Shown here: one piece after another, positions 9,574 through 19,880 of the stretch
Layout: each line of letters begins with the position of its first letter
Position numbering within the stretch: the stretch's first letter is position 1
Source: a virus
Lineage: Duplodnaviria; Caudoviricetes
IMG/VR virus record: IMGVR_UViG_3300028171_000090
Location: 159,017-223,016 of that record
Length of the DNA stretch: 64,000 nucleotides
Reading direction: 5' to 3' (one strand)
Position numbers and translations under genes: made by a program
The notes under the pieces: model-generated
The model's input: the letters and a program-made list of their open reading frames with translations, nothing else
What the model was told of the DNA's origin: nothing
The model's database searches: none

Positions 9574-9951
9574 ATGAAAACAATGATCTTAGTAGAACGT
9601 AAGCAAGAAGAGAAAAAAGAAGCAGCGTACACAGTGGCTACGCTAGAACAATTAGCAATGGTTGTACATCGTACAATGGATATCCGATTAGAGGCTTGGA
9701 GAGGTACTATTATCGGATTAGGAGTAGAAGAAGATTATGAAGCTGAAAAGCATATCGCTTTAGCAGAAATCCTACAAGGATTACAAAGCGTTAAAATACC
9801 TGAAAGATATATCTTTACAGCAGCGTCTTCATACGTTCGTAATAAATCGAACGAAGCGGCTGAAAGATTCTATAATGACTTTATTAAACATCATGTGGAA
9901 TTCGAGTGCCAAACAATTCCGTTACGAGTGTTTGGACCATTCCCATACTAA
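9574..9951 (+). CDS. Hypothetical protein
   Basis: 125 aa ORF with GGGGG RBS, followed by a terminator hairpin. Confidence 0.7.
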   Translation: MKTMILVERKQEEKKEAAYTVATLEQLAMVVHRTMDIRLEAWRGTIIGLGVEEDYEAEKHIALAEILQGLQSVKIPERYIFTAASSYVRNKSNEAAERFYNDFIKHHVEFECQTIPLRVFGPFPY

Positions 9952-10013
9952 TAGATAAAGGAGCTAATCGCTCCTTTATTTTTTTAATAACTTAAATTGA
10001 GAGGAAGATTATA

Positions 10014-11090
10014 ATGATGAATAAATACTATAAAAACTATGCTCCGAGAACACCAAAAGAGATAAAGGCTGATGAGGAGATTACAATGAAAACTAGAACT
10101 GAAAGTATTAAAAACCTTGCAAGAATTATGCTAGGTGAATCAGCAACTATTCGTGTACATAATACGGATAACTTCCAACGTTATTCGTCTACAAATTTTG
10201 CATTCGTTATTGGAGATAACGTAAAAGAAATCTTGAGCGAATTCATGTCAGGATTAGATCATGGACGTGCAAGAGTAAAAATTGTTAACATGGATGCTAA
10301 TCGAGAGGAAATGAAAAAGTCTCTTAAAAGTATGATGTATAATCCTGATGAAGTAATAGATAAATCGGGTATGACAATGGTAAATTTAAATGCGAAATAT
10401 TTCGTAGAACAATTGGTACATTCATTACCATATCAAGGCGATACATTATATCTTATTGAGGGTGACTGTATGGGTAAAGTTATGGAACGTGATATGGACT
10501 TCTATAAACGATATCCTATCATTGGGTTTGAATCCAATAACCTAGCTGAAAGTGAAGGTCGAGATTTATCCCTAATAGAAGTATTTAAAACATTGTGGAC
10601 AGAAGCTATAGCGAAAGAGCAAGCTAATGTACCATTACAAGAAGTAGGAATTCGTAGCGGTAGAAAGTATGGTGTAAGCATTGATGATGAAGGAACGATT
10701 CTAATCAAGAAACGTAAGGATGTAGATTTCATGGATGCGTATGCCGCTACACATAAACTCTTAAAAGAGTATCACCGAGCAGGTAATACAGAAGCGATGA
10801 AATATGAATTAGCAAAATTATGGTATATGCTAATCATCATTGAGTCTGAAGTATTATATGTAAAAGGTATGAAGAAGATGCTAGTATCAGAAGAGAAACA
10901 ACGTGAAGCCGGTAAAGCTAGATCGTTTATTATCAATGACTTTAAAATGTATCTTCGATACGTATTACAACATGAAAAGAATTTTAATTTCCAAGAATAC
11001 TTTAATACAACTCCATTCGGAGAAGATGTAATTAAATTGGATAAAAAGACTATCGATGTATTAAAGAGTTTATTTACAATGATATTCTAG
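10014..11090 (+). CDS. Hypothetical, probably virion-associated protein
   Basis: 358 aa, GAGAGGA RBS, helical C-terminal domain (MKYELAKLWY) and a PLQE site. Confidence 0.6.
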   Translation: MMNKYYKNYAPRTPKEIKADEEITMKTRTESIKNLARIMLGESATIRVHNTDNFQRYSSTNFAFVIGDNVKEILSEFMSGLDHGRARVKIVNMDANREEMKKSLKSMMYNPDEVIDKSGMTMVNLNAKYFVEQLVHSLPYQGDTLYLIEGDCMGKVMERDMDFYKRYPIIGFESNNLAESEGRDLSLIEVFKTLWTEAIAKEQANVPLQEVGIRSGRKYGVSIDDEGTILIKKRKDVDFMDAYAATHKLLKEYHRAGNTEAMKYELAKLWYMLIIIESEVLYVKGMKKMLVSEEKQREAGKARSFIINDFKMYLRYVLQHEKNFNFQEYFNTTPFGEDVIKLDKKTIDVLKSLFTMIF

Positions 11091-11100
11091 GAGGTAGACT

Positions 11101-11412
11101 ATGACACAATTAGATGAACTTATGGAAACTTCAAGATTCATTCATACTGAAATGGACTTGAACCACAAACTAAAACACCTGACTTCTTATATAGGAAGTC
11201 GGGTGTATAGATTTGGAGATGAAATTATTACTCAGATATTCTTTCTTGAAGCTCTTTCGATGAGAGACGATGAAGAAGATTTCGTGTTACAATTTGTCGA
11301 AAACAAAATACCCTATAAAAAGAAACATGACTCGGGTATGGTTTTGGTATATAATATAGATACAAAGAAAGCTGAAAGAATATTACGAATTAGAAGACCA
11401 GAAAAATATTAG
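11101..11412 (+). CDS. Hypothetical protein
   Basis: 103 aa, AGGAGG RBS. Confidence 0.7.
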   Translation: MTQLDELMETSRFIHTEMDLNHKLKHLTSYIGSRVYRFGDEIITQIFFLEALSMRDDEEDFVLQFVENKIPYKKKHDSGMVLVYNIDTKKAERILRIRRPEKY

Positions 11413-11423
11413 GAGGAAATAAA

Positions 11424-12047
11424 ATGACAAAATTATATCAATCAAAAAGAAAACCTGAAACAATGGTAGAAGCGATTTGGAAACGTCCATTTGAGAATAT
11501 TCCATTTTTCTACATTTCACCAAAATCAAAAGATGATATTATGAAATTAGAACCTGATAATCGTAATACATTCCTATTTACTAATATACATGAAGCAATA
11601 TTCGATTACATTAATCGCTTTGGGAATGATCATAAATTTGGTACATATTATGTGTACATGTTATCACCTGGTGCTCATATTACACATTATATTATGAAGA
11701 ATACAAATCCTAATGAAGAGTTAAGCTTCTCTTGCCAGATGTTACAACCTGTATTATTAAATTATGTGAAACCTATTCATGTCGATGCGATAATAGAACA
11801 TGGGAAAGAGTTAGTTGATTTAACATTTTCATTCGGATTAAGTCATGAAAGATATGAGTATTCAGAAGTACAACAAAATGTATCTAGATGGAGAATGGAA
11901 TTTATGACAGCTAATATAGATAATATAAAAAGACACATAAATACAAAGTATGATAAGACACTTAATAATATTACTAAGCAATCATGTGCACTAGCAGAGG
12001 TTAAATTTAGAAAAACAATGAAACGATTAGTAAAGGGGAATAAATAA
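11424..12047 (+). CDS. Hypothetical protein (possible degenerate ADP-ribosyltransferase-like fold)
   Basis: AGGAGG RBS. Pattern FFYISP..LEP..FLFTNIHEA..YYVYML; the fold call is weak. Confidence 0.5.
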   Translation: MTKLYQSKRKPETMVEAIWKRPFENIPFFYISPKSKDDIMKLEPDNRNTFLFTNIHEAIFDYINRFGNDHKFGTYYVYMLSPGAHITHYIMKNTNPNEELSFSCQMLQPVLLNYVKPIHVDAIIEHGKELVDLTFSFGLSHERYEYSEVQQNVSRWRMEFMTANIDNIKRHINTKYDKTLNNITKQSCALAEVKFRKTMKRLVKGNK

Positions 12048-12048
12048 T

Positions 12049-12681
12049 ATGACTAACTTAGTAAAATCAAATATGTTTGTATACATTACAGATAAACTAG
12101 AGCCTAGTATAACGCTAGACTCTTCTTCGTTTTTACATAACTATATTAATCCAGCTCATGCTATGTGCTATAATGGTCCACAGGATACATTATACGTATA
12201 CACGTTAGTAACAGAGCATGACTTTGACTACAATTGTTTGATAGATATAGGCGACCCAGGTTATATGAAACTGATTACAAATGAACCTGTAACAGTCGAG
12301 CCTAGATATCAGATGGATAGAGGTGTAGGTGGTATATATGCTATCAAACCATTTAAAGAAAAAGTGACTAACCGAGGTCTATATTATGATAAATTAACTA
12401 CTCATATTAATCTTGTATTTGGTAAATTCCGAGGTTACTGTGGGTTAGTAATAACAGATTACTGTGGAGTAACAGGTGCTAAGATTACATTTACATTAGG
12501 TAACAATGATATCCAATTAGATGACGACCAGATGGCATCGAACCGACTTATAAAAGAATTACGTAAATATTCTCACAAACGTACAGACCTAAGAATTTAT
12601 GTTAAAGATGAATTACTGTGCGTTGATGTAAGTGATATAAAAATAGCTCATCAAATAGAGCGTATGGAAAATATAAATTAA
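12049..12681 (+). CDS. Hypothetical protein, possible paralog of 11424-12047
   Basis: Pattern FVYIT..LEP..FLHNYINPAHA..LYVYTL. Confidence 0.5.
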   Translation: MTNLVKSNMFVYITDKLEPSITLDSSSFLHNYINPAHAMCYNGPQDTLYVYTLVTEHDFDYNCLIDIGDPGYMKLITNEPVTVEPRYQMDRGVGGIYAIKPFKEKVTNRGLYYDKLTTHINLVFGKFRGYCGLVITDYCGVTGAKITFTLGNNDIQLDDDQMASNRLIKELRKYSHKRTDLRIYVKDELLCVDVSDIKIAHQIERMENIN

Positions 12682-12689
12682 AAAATAAG

Positions 12690-12707
12690 TATACATTATA
12701 TTGATGA
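12690..12707 (+). promoter_or_regulatory. Candidate early promoter TATACATTATATTGATGA
   Basis: 17/18 identical to the 9510 copy. Confidence 0.6.
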
Positions 12708-12795
12708 GCAAATGAATATATTATGCTCAATTTAAATCATTGCGCAATGATTTAGACAAAACAAAATTAGACAAATAAGAGGAGGAGTTTCTATT

Positions 12796-13524
12796 ATGGA
12801 ACTTAACAAAATTCAATTCAAGGCTAACTATCAAGTAATGACTTTATCTACAAAGGATGTAGAGGTCGCACTAAACAAATCTTTAGATGGACTTAACCGT
12901 TACATGGGTAGCCGCATTATCGTAGCAAACAATCGTTTGATCACACAAATTGCATTCGATGCAAGAACAACGGTTGTAGTGCGTAACAATATCGCACGTC
13001 GAATTGGTGCAGAAAACGCAATCCAATTAGCACCTGAATTAAAAGAAGAATGGATTGGCAAATTAATTCAAGACCCAAGAGTACAAGAAACACCGATTCA
13101 TGAAATGAAGAATCGTATTGTAATTACTCTTGATTCATTATTAGTAATGCAAGCTCTAATCCAAGGTGATGATGATAATAAGATTTATCAAATTGGTAAC
13201 CTTGCTGAGTTAGGAGATAACGTAGGTGCAATTACATTATTCCAATTTGAGAAGGAAGTTGTAAACCGCGTTAAGAACTTAAAGCCACAAGGCACAAAAG
13301 ATATGGACGATTACAATTATGACTACAAAGAAAATAATCAAGGTGGTCATAATAACAATAATCAAAACCGTAATCAAGGCGGTAACAACAATAACCGCAA
13401 TCATCACCAAGGTGGAGGAAATCGTAACCATCAAGGTAACCGTAACCAACATCAAGGCGGCGGTAAGAAGTTTGAGAATGGTGGACGTCCACAACATAAC
13501 CAAGGTGGCATGAGACAATACTAA
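12796..13524 (+). CDS. Hypothetical protein with N/Q/G/H/R-rich disordered C-terminus
   Basis: GAGGAGGAG RBS; six (N/H)QG(G/N) units in the last ~65 aa. Confidence 0.75.
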   Translation: MELNKIQFKANYQVMTLSTKDVEVALNKSLDGLNRYMGSRIIVANNRLITQIAFDARTTVVVRNNIARRIGAENAIQLAPELKEEWIGKLIQDPRVQETPIHEMKNRIVITLDSLLVMQALIQGDDDNKIYQIGNLAELGDNVGAITLFQFEKEVVNRVKNLKPQGTKDMDDYNYDYKENNQGGHNNNNQNRNQGGNNNNRNHHQGGGNRNHQGNRNQHQGGGKKFENGGRPQHNQGGMRQY

Positions 13525-13607
13525 TAAAACAGGAGAGTAATGGAGAAATCCATTACTCTCTTTTATATTTATTTAAACTTATATTTTTTTGGAAAGGGGT
13601 CATTCAT

Positions 13608-13985
13608 ATGGCTTGGAAATCTAAGAAAGAATATGTACCAAATTTTGAAGTCGTGGAGAATTGCGGAATCATTGAAGAGAAAGAAGATTCTAATTGGGGT
13701 GTAGCTTTAGCTCGTGTTTCATGGGCAGGTAAACCACCAGCATATGATATCCGTGACTTTAATCTTTCTACTATTGATTTAGAGAAAGAGAAAGTTCGAA
13801 TGGGTAAGGGTGTTACTCTATGGGATGATGAATCTATGGATCGTTTAGCACATCTGTTAATCGAGATGGGATTCGGTGACCCAGATACAATCGAAGATTT
13901 AATAGAGGAACGTAGTTCTTTTTACACTCTAAATGATAAACCAAAGAAGAATAAGAAACGTAAAGTAAAAGCAATTAGACTATAA
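13608..13985 (+). CDS. PC4/YdbC-like single-stranded DNA-binding protein
   Basis: ARVSWAGKPPAYDIRDF...RMGKGVTL, the PC4 family pattern. Confidence 0.75.
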   Translation: MAWKSKKEYVPNFEVVENCGIIEEKEDSNWGVALARVSWAGKPPAYDIRDFNLSTIDLEKEKVRMGKGVTLWDDESMDRLAHLLIEMGFGDPDTIEDLIEERSSFYTLNDKPKKNKKRKVKAIRL

Positions 13986-14003
13986 GCAAAAGGGGAAATA
14001 ATA

Positions 14004-15077
14004 ATGATATTCGAACCAATTTTAAATGAGCATAAAATCCGATATGACCTATTACATCAATTTGTAGCAAGTCATTTCAAAGAAGGAAGAAAGTTAAATA
14101 TCTATATTAACTTAGATTCTATCTTTAAGAGATTTTATAAACCAGCAACGGTAGAATGTATTCATGATATGAATGAACGAGAAAAGATGGAAATGACATC
14201 AGCGGTAATTAACTTAGTATCTCATTATAGACACTTCTTCTGGAGCTACTATCAAGTACCAACTCGTTTCTATTTCTACTTTGCAAATCAGGCACCATAT
14301 ATTAATCAACAGTTCCATCCAGGTTATATGGAAGATACCATGGATGCAAAGAGAACCAATCATCCTGATTACGGTGGAGTTAATCGTACGATATTATTAA
14401 ATATGAAATATATCAGTATGATATCTATCTATATCAAAGATTGTTATTGTATTCCGAATAATGGAATTGAGCCAGCATTAGTACCTTATCACATCATGAG
14501 AAAGGACAAAGACAATACAGATATTTGTCATCTAGTTCTCACGAAGGATGAGTTTGATTATCAGTTATTAAATGCGGCTAAGAATACACTTGTATTACGA
14601 ATGAAGTATCTGGATAGCTATATGATAAATAAAGATGAGATTTATCATGAGCGTTTAAGTAAGATTAAATATCGTCCAGAAACACAATTCAATCCGAAAC
14701 TCTATTCTTTACTATTAGCTTTTAGTGGCGTAAAGTCTCGTAGTATAAAAGCAATTAAAGGATATGGGTTTGTCAATACAATGAAGAAATTGGACAAAGC
14801 ATTCCGTGCCGGTATATTACCAAATAAATATATGACAGATATGATGACAGTATGTGATGCTATCGATTTTCTTGAAATGTATGGAGAGGTAAAGGATCGG
14901 TTTACAGCTATTGATTTAAAGACATCTTACAAGATGTTAAGCCCTGGAGCTTTAGAAGGAATCGAGCTTTGTTTGTTAGACCGTTATGATAACAGCTCTA
15001 TAATGGAGTTAAACGATACGTACTTTAGAAATAATCCAATCGAATTAATTCGATTAGAAGAAGGAGTCGGTCTTTAA
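14004..15077 (+). CDS. PIN/5'-3' exonuclease (T4 RNase H-like) family protein, possibly degenerate
   Basis: IYINLDSIF, GIEPAL, VLTKDEFDYQLL and an H3TH-like segment (AFSGVKSRSIKAIKGYG). Confidence 0.55.
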   Translation: MIFEPILNEHKIRYDLLHQFVASHFKEGRKLNIYINLDSIFKRFYKPATVECIHDMNEREKMEMTSAVINLVSHYRHFFWSYYQVPTRFYFYFANQAPYINQQFHPGYMEDTMDAKRTNHPDYGGVNRTILLNMKYISMISIYIKDCYCIPNNGIEPALVPYHIMRKDKDNTDICHLVLTKDEFDYQLLNAAKNTLVLRMKYLDSYMINKDEIYHERLSKIKYRPETQFNPKLYSLLLAFSGVKSRSIKAIKGYGFVNTMKKLDKAFRAGILPNKYMTDMMTVCDAIDFLEMYGEVKDRFTAIDLKTSYKMLSPGALEGIELCLLDRYDNSSIMELNDTYFRNNPIELIRLEEGVGL

Positions 15078-16309
15078 TGGCAGTTACATCATTATGTAAA
15101 TACACGATCGACGACATAGGTATTATATTTGAGGATGGTTCTACAGCAACCATCCTTTCTAATAATATCTCGTCGATATTTATTGAAAAAGATTACAATG
15201 AAAATTTTTTGCCTATTTTGGCTATCAATACAACAATCAGTCCAAAGATACAGGCAAAGATTCGACAGAATCATTCTACTGTCAAATGTAAAGTGAAGGT
15301 GAATCGTTTCCTTGTCCGTAATAATCAAGACATGGGAAATAAGAAGTTCTTAAAGCCTTATATTGATGATGTCTTTAATATTAATATAGATGACGTATCA
15401 CCGATACGTGAGAATCTAGATGATAAGACACCGGGCTATGAGCAATCACCTCAGAAAGATGCTACGAATCTTACACTATATTTATTCAAGCAAGCTCATA
15501 TTGATAAGAATAAACAAAAACTAAACTATATCGTAAATAATGCGACTATAGCAGAGACCTTTACGTATGCATGTAGTGAGGTTGATGTAAAGAAACTTTT
15601 AATCAGTGATCCGGATAATAATAACATTTATCCACAGATTATTATCCCATCATTTACCCTACAAGGTGTAGCGGATTACTTACAAAAGGTGTATGGTATT
15701 TATAGTAAAGGATACATGATGTTCCATGACTTTGATACCCTATACTTTATTAATAGATATCTAAGATGTACAGCTTGGCGAGCAGGTGAAATAAAACGGG
15801 TATACATTCATGTAAATGAAAAAGATACTCCTGAATATACTGACTTAGGTGGCTGGAGTGATGATAGTGCAAATACATACCACTTCAATACCAATGCCAA
15901 ACCTACGATTACAAGTAAAGCAAAAGAGATTCAGGATACGTTATTCGATACCTTACATGTCGTGAATACATGGACGGGTAAAGTGGATATGCATAAGTTA
16001 AATCTACCGATTAAGAATACGAATTCCGTTCATACCTTAAATGATAGATATGATAACCCAATGGCTATCGAAGCCTTTAAGTATAGCTTAGAGGAAACAA
16101 ATACAATTGTGGATATCACTCTAGTCGAGCCTGACTTAGAGATATTGACACCGAATAAAGAATTCTATTTAGATATGAAGTTTAAGAATACCGCATACAA
16201 AGTATATAATAAGATTTATAAACTTCATAAGTTTACAGCAGCATTCCAAAGAACGAGTGGTTCTGAATACTTATCTTGTAATGCAGCGTGTCAATTAAAA
16301 AGCGACTAA
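15077..16309 (+). CDS. Baseplate hub protein (gp27/gp44-like)
   Basis: 410 aa, beta-rich, SSIFIEKDYNENFLPILAI N-terminal hub pattern. Confidence 0.5.
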   Translation: MAVTSLCKYTIDDIGIIFEDGSTATILSNNISSIFIEKDYNENFLPILAINTTISPKIQAKIRQNHSTVKCKVKVNRFLVRNNQDMGNKKFLKPYIDDVFNINIDDVSPIRENLDDKTPGYEQSPQKDATNLTLYLFKQAHIDKNKQKLNYIVNNATIAETFTYACSEVDVKKLLISDPDNNNIYPQIIIPSFTLQGVADYLQKVYGIYSKGYMMFHDFDTLYFINRYLRCTAWRAGEIKRVYIHVNEKDTPEYTDLGGWSDDSANTYHFNTNAKPTITSKAKEIQDTLFDTLHVVNTWTGKVDMHKLNLPIKNTNSVHTLNDRYDNPMAIEAFKYSLEETNTIVDITLVEPDLEILTPNKEFYLDMKFKNTAYKVYNKIYKLHKFTAAFQRTSGSEYLSCNAACQLKSD

Positions 16310-16329
16310 TACCGTAATTGGTATTAGTC
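16304..16329. terminator. Bidirectional terminator between convergent genes
   Basis: GACTAATACC-gtaatt-GGTATTAGTC; same stem as the array terminator at 62855. Confidence 0.8.
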
Positions 16330-16340
16330 ATATTTTTTTA

Positions 16341-18539
16341 TTAAAAAGTGTAGATGGTATAGATGAAGTTCATCTTTGCTTGGGTAATCAGATTCATTTC
16401 CGTAATGTATTTTACATACTCCATTCCATAAATCTCAGTACCTTCATTCACATCATTATACTCTACAACAGATTCTCGTAAGTGTAGATATTCTAGTACT
16501 TCCGTACTTTTAATTTCCACTTCATATTTATCAGCTTGCTTCTTAATTCTACGAGCCAATTCACCTTTCTTGTCATCAGGACAATGCTTGAAGAATTGAA
16601 TCGCTTTGATAACGTGCTGACGATCTGTTAATGGATACTTTCTTTCTTCTGGTAATCCAAACTCTTCATCCTTCAACTCTTTACGTTCTTTCGTTGTTAA
16701 TGCAGCTTCTTGTAATCGACATAAATGAGCTGGCATATTAAATACAACGTAAGGGTAGTTATCCGCAATAGAGTTATATAACGATTGTAGTTTTACCTGT
16801 AAAGCTAGGATAGCAGATTTATCGTTATCCTTTAATCCATACGTATTCAATACGGTATCCGTATAGTAATCGAGATGGATAGGCATAGATGAATCAATCA
16901 TTAAGTCCTCTTGAGCAGATGGGCTGATATACGTTAAGGTACGTACATATTGATTCAATTCATTTACTTGCTGGTGATAATCTAGAATCATGACACTTAA
17001 TAAGTTATTGTATTCGTCCTGAATCAGGTCACTATACATTGTGTCATGAACCATAGAGGATACACCTTTCTCAAACTTATTAACTACATCTTCCAATACT
17101 TTTAATTCCTCTGGAATTGTCGTTACAATCTTGCTAATAATAAAAGCAAGATTACCTTCTTCTTTCATGTATTGAGAGTTAATATCTATAATGGTATTAT
17201 TCGCAATTCTATCTACAGCTTTATATAACTGAGAATGATTCGCACTATAATCTGCCATAATAGATGATAACGGTTTCTCAGAAGAACCCGGTGTTACATA
17301 GGTTTGACTCAACGTACTTAGCTTACCAGTAGGAACACTAGCAGCATTATGAATGATACGTTGGAATGGTCCTTCATTACGAGAGCCTGCATCAATCACC
17401 GCTAAGATAACGTCTTTATATAAACGATTTAACTCTTTTATATTTGCTCTGACATTATCGATGAAGGATTGACGATTTTTAAGGACTTGCTCACTGAGTG
17501 TATACATATCATCGAAGTTATATCCTTTATCGTGATAGATATAGTACTCTTGTAGGAGACGGTTCATCTCTAGAATCGTTCTTCTATAGTTAGAGACGGT
17601 AACCATAGGGTTGGTACATTCTGAGAGTGAATCACGCTCTGATTTAAGTTGAAATGCATTCTCAATACAGACACGCAATGCATCATACATAACCTTTGTC
17701 TTATAGTTATAAGCGTCTATTGTATGAGATAATAAACCATTCATCACACGGAACTTAAAGTCTGTGTATGAATACATCTTCTGTACTTTATCATCCGTTG
17801 TTTCTCCAGCAGGGAACAATTGACGAATGTCTTCTATAGAATAATATAGACATTGTGTAAAGAAGTGTTTTAATTTCTGAATCAAGGAAATAATGTTATC
17901 AAATGATATCTTATCAATTTGATAGCTATCAACCAATGTCATTAAATCTGTGACAGAGTTTTTAGTTAGCTTCATTGTCTCCGTTGTGTACTTGATAGAT
18001 GTTTCCATTTTCTTATAGAAAGCATCTACTTCTAATGCACCAGCTCCAATAGACTTACCTCGAATCTGGTTTAGCGTAGCTTGTAAATTATAAGGAGTTT
18101 TAAATGCTTTCTCCTTTACATTGAACTTTAGATTCTTGTCAACGAATGTGTCGATGAATGTAAAGTTCGGAATGTTTGCATATGTTTTTGCATCGAACTT
18201 TGCAACCGTGATATCATAAGAATCGTTTGTCTTATTGAAATACTCTACCACTTTTACAAACTCACTATTGAATCGATTCTTCATATTCTGTAGTGTGATA
18301 TAATTCTGACGATAAATGGTACGAACGAATACTTCCCGTTTATCTAAGAATACATTGATATCTTTAATGTATGAGCGATATGCTTCTATGTCAGATGTAT
18401 AGTCATCACTTACCATTTTACCAATCTCATGAAATACCCGTACAACGGATTCACTAATCGCGTGAAGTTCATCATATAGATCAAGTTCCGTTACTGTATT
18501 ATCATAGCGTGGTTCTGCTACGGATTTAGATAATATCAT
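16341..18539 (-). CDS. Large helical virion (head) protein with C-terminal DUF6582-like motif
   Basis: Starts MILS like the neighbouring paralogs. C-terminal ERKELKDEEFGLPEERKYPLTDRQHVIKAIQFF; L-x-E sites. Confidence 0.55.
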   Translation of the reverse strand: MILSKSVAEPRYDNTVTELDLYDELHAISESVVRVFHEIGKMVSDDYTSDIEAYRSYIKDINVFLDKREVFVRTIYRQNYITLQNMKNRFNSEFVKVVEYFNKTNDSYDITVAKFDAKTYANIPNFTFIDTFVDKNLKFNVKEKAFKTPYNLQATLNQIRGKSIGAGALEVDAFYKKMETSIKYTTETMKLTKNSVTDLMTLVDSYQIDKISFDNIISLIQKLKHFFTQCLYYSIEDIRQLFPAGETTDDKVQKMYSYTDFKFRVMNGLLSHTIDAYNYKTKVMYDALRVCIENAFQLKSERDSLSECTNPMVTVSNYRRTILEMNRLLQEYYIYHDKGYNFDDMYTLSEQVLKNRQSFIDNVRANIKELNRLYKDVILAVIDAGSRNEGPFQRIIHNAASVPTGKLSTLSQTYVTPGSSEKPLSSIMADYSANHSQLYKAVDRIANNTIIDINSQYMKEEGNLAFIISKIVTTIPEELKVLEDVVNKFEKGVSSMVHDTMYSDLIQDEYNNLLSVMILDYHQQVNELNQYVRTLTYISPSAQEDLMIDSSMPIHLDYYTDTVLNTYGLKDNDKSAILALQVKLQSLYNSIADNYPYVVFNMPAHLCRLQEAALTTKERKELKDEEFGLPEERKYPLTDRQHVIKAIQFFKHCPDDKKGELARRIKKQADKYEVEIKSTEVLEYLHLRESVVEYNDVNEGTEIYGMEYVKYITEMNLITQAKMNFIYTIYTF

Positions 18540-18606
18540 ACATATCTCTCCTTTAATTAAAATAAAGAATAAGATATACTCCGAAGAGTATATCTTATCG
18601 TTTTAA

Positions 18607-19758
18607 TTACATTTGGCTAAGGATTTGGTCAAATAAGCTGCCTTCACCTTCAACGCCAGCTGATTCGTTTAATTTTTTCTTTCCACCTTTACGGTTATGG
18701 ATAAGAAGTTTTTGAGCAATATCACGAGATTGAGCAATATTACCTTTAGCAGCATCTACTTGGTAACCAGCAGTAGTAGAAAGTAATCCTAATGCTTGTT
18801 GGTTTAATCCAGCGTAGAAGCGTAGTAATTCAGCAGCTACTGAGAATGCATCACGAGAACCGCCTTTTTCTTGGTCAGCTGTGATTTTGCCTGCGCCACC
18901 ACTAACAGCTTTTTCAGCTTTGCCAACCCAATCAACAGCCTGTTTGAAGGCTTTGTCAGCAGCAGTAGCTGATTTTTTGATTGCAGCAAGAGATTTATCT
19001 TTGCCTTCGATTGTAGCAACGATATCAGAAACAGATACAGAAATCTTTTTCTTTTCTTCTCCGCCACGTAATTTGTTAAGAACTTGCGTTTTGTATTCGC
19101 CTTGTTCTCCATCTCCACCAACAACAGCTTTACGTACTTCGTCGAATACTTCTTTAGTAAGTTCTCCACGTTTTTCAAGTACTTCTGTTTTAGCAGCTTT
19201 TGCACCTTCAGTGCCCATGTTGTGTAAGCTAGAAACTACAGATTCAGGAGAATCTAATTTCACTTTAGCTTTACTAGATACATGAGAATTGAATGAAGCA
19301 TGGAATGTGTTAGAAATTGTATCAAGGTTGATCGCATCTAATTTGTAATCGAATCCTTCGTATTCGAAATCTAATGTAGATGCTTTTTGTAATTCAGCTT
19401 TATATTTAGTTAAGAATTTGTCGTCCTTCATCACTTTAGATAAGTGTAATTGAACGTTGCTGAAGAATTCTTTAACTTTAGCCCACATTTTCTTGATAGC
19501 AGCCATAATTTTACCGAATACACCAGTCATAGCAGCTTCTTGTAGGTTTTGCATTTCTTCTACGTTAGACTCAGCTAATAGAGCGATTGATTTGTAATCA
19601 ACAGCGTTCATAGCTTTGCTAATGTTATGCATTTCAGTCATAGATTCTGAAACGATTTGCATCGCGCCAGCACCTGATGGTGCATAACCATGTTCTGTAG
19701 CTACTACATCATGATTCTCAAGCGTAGCAGACTCATTTAAAAGAGTTGATAAGATCAT
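18607..19758 (-). CDS. Internal head (inner-body-like) protein, paralog 1
   Basis: MILSTLLNES propeptide, IKKMWAKVKEFF motif, own AACA-N6-TA promoter (19807-19818). Confidence 0.65.
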   Translation of the reverse strand: MILSTLLNESATLENHDVVATEHGYAPSGAGAMQIVSESMTEMHNISKAMNAVDYKSIALLAESNVEEMQNLQEAAMTGVFGKIMAAIKKMWAKVKEFFSNVQLHLSKVMKDDKFLTKYKAELQKASTLDFEYEGFDYKLDAINLDTISNTFHASFNSHVSSKAKVKLDSPESVVSSLHNMGTEGAKAAKTEVLEKRGELTKEVFDEVRKAVVGGDGEQGEYKTQVLNKLRGGEEKKKISVSVSDIVATIEGKDKSLAAIKKSATAADKAFKQAVDWVGKAEKAVSGGAGKITADQEKGGSRDAFSVAAELLRFYAGLNQQALGLLSTTAGYQVDAAKGNIAQSRDIAQKLLIHNRKGGKKKLNESAGVEGEGSLFDQILSQM

Positions 19759-19880
19759 TATAAATCTCTCCTTTTTTTCATATATTAGAACTAAAGTTCT
19801 TTTGATTATAAATATGTTTGATTGTTAAGAAGCACAAATAGATAAGAACGGTAAATTACTACCGTTCTTACCCCTATTTA

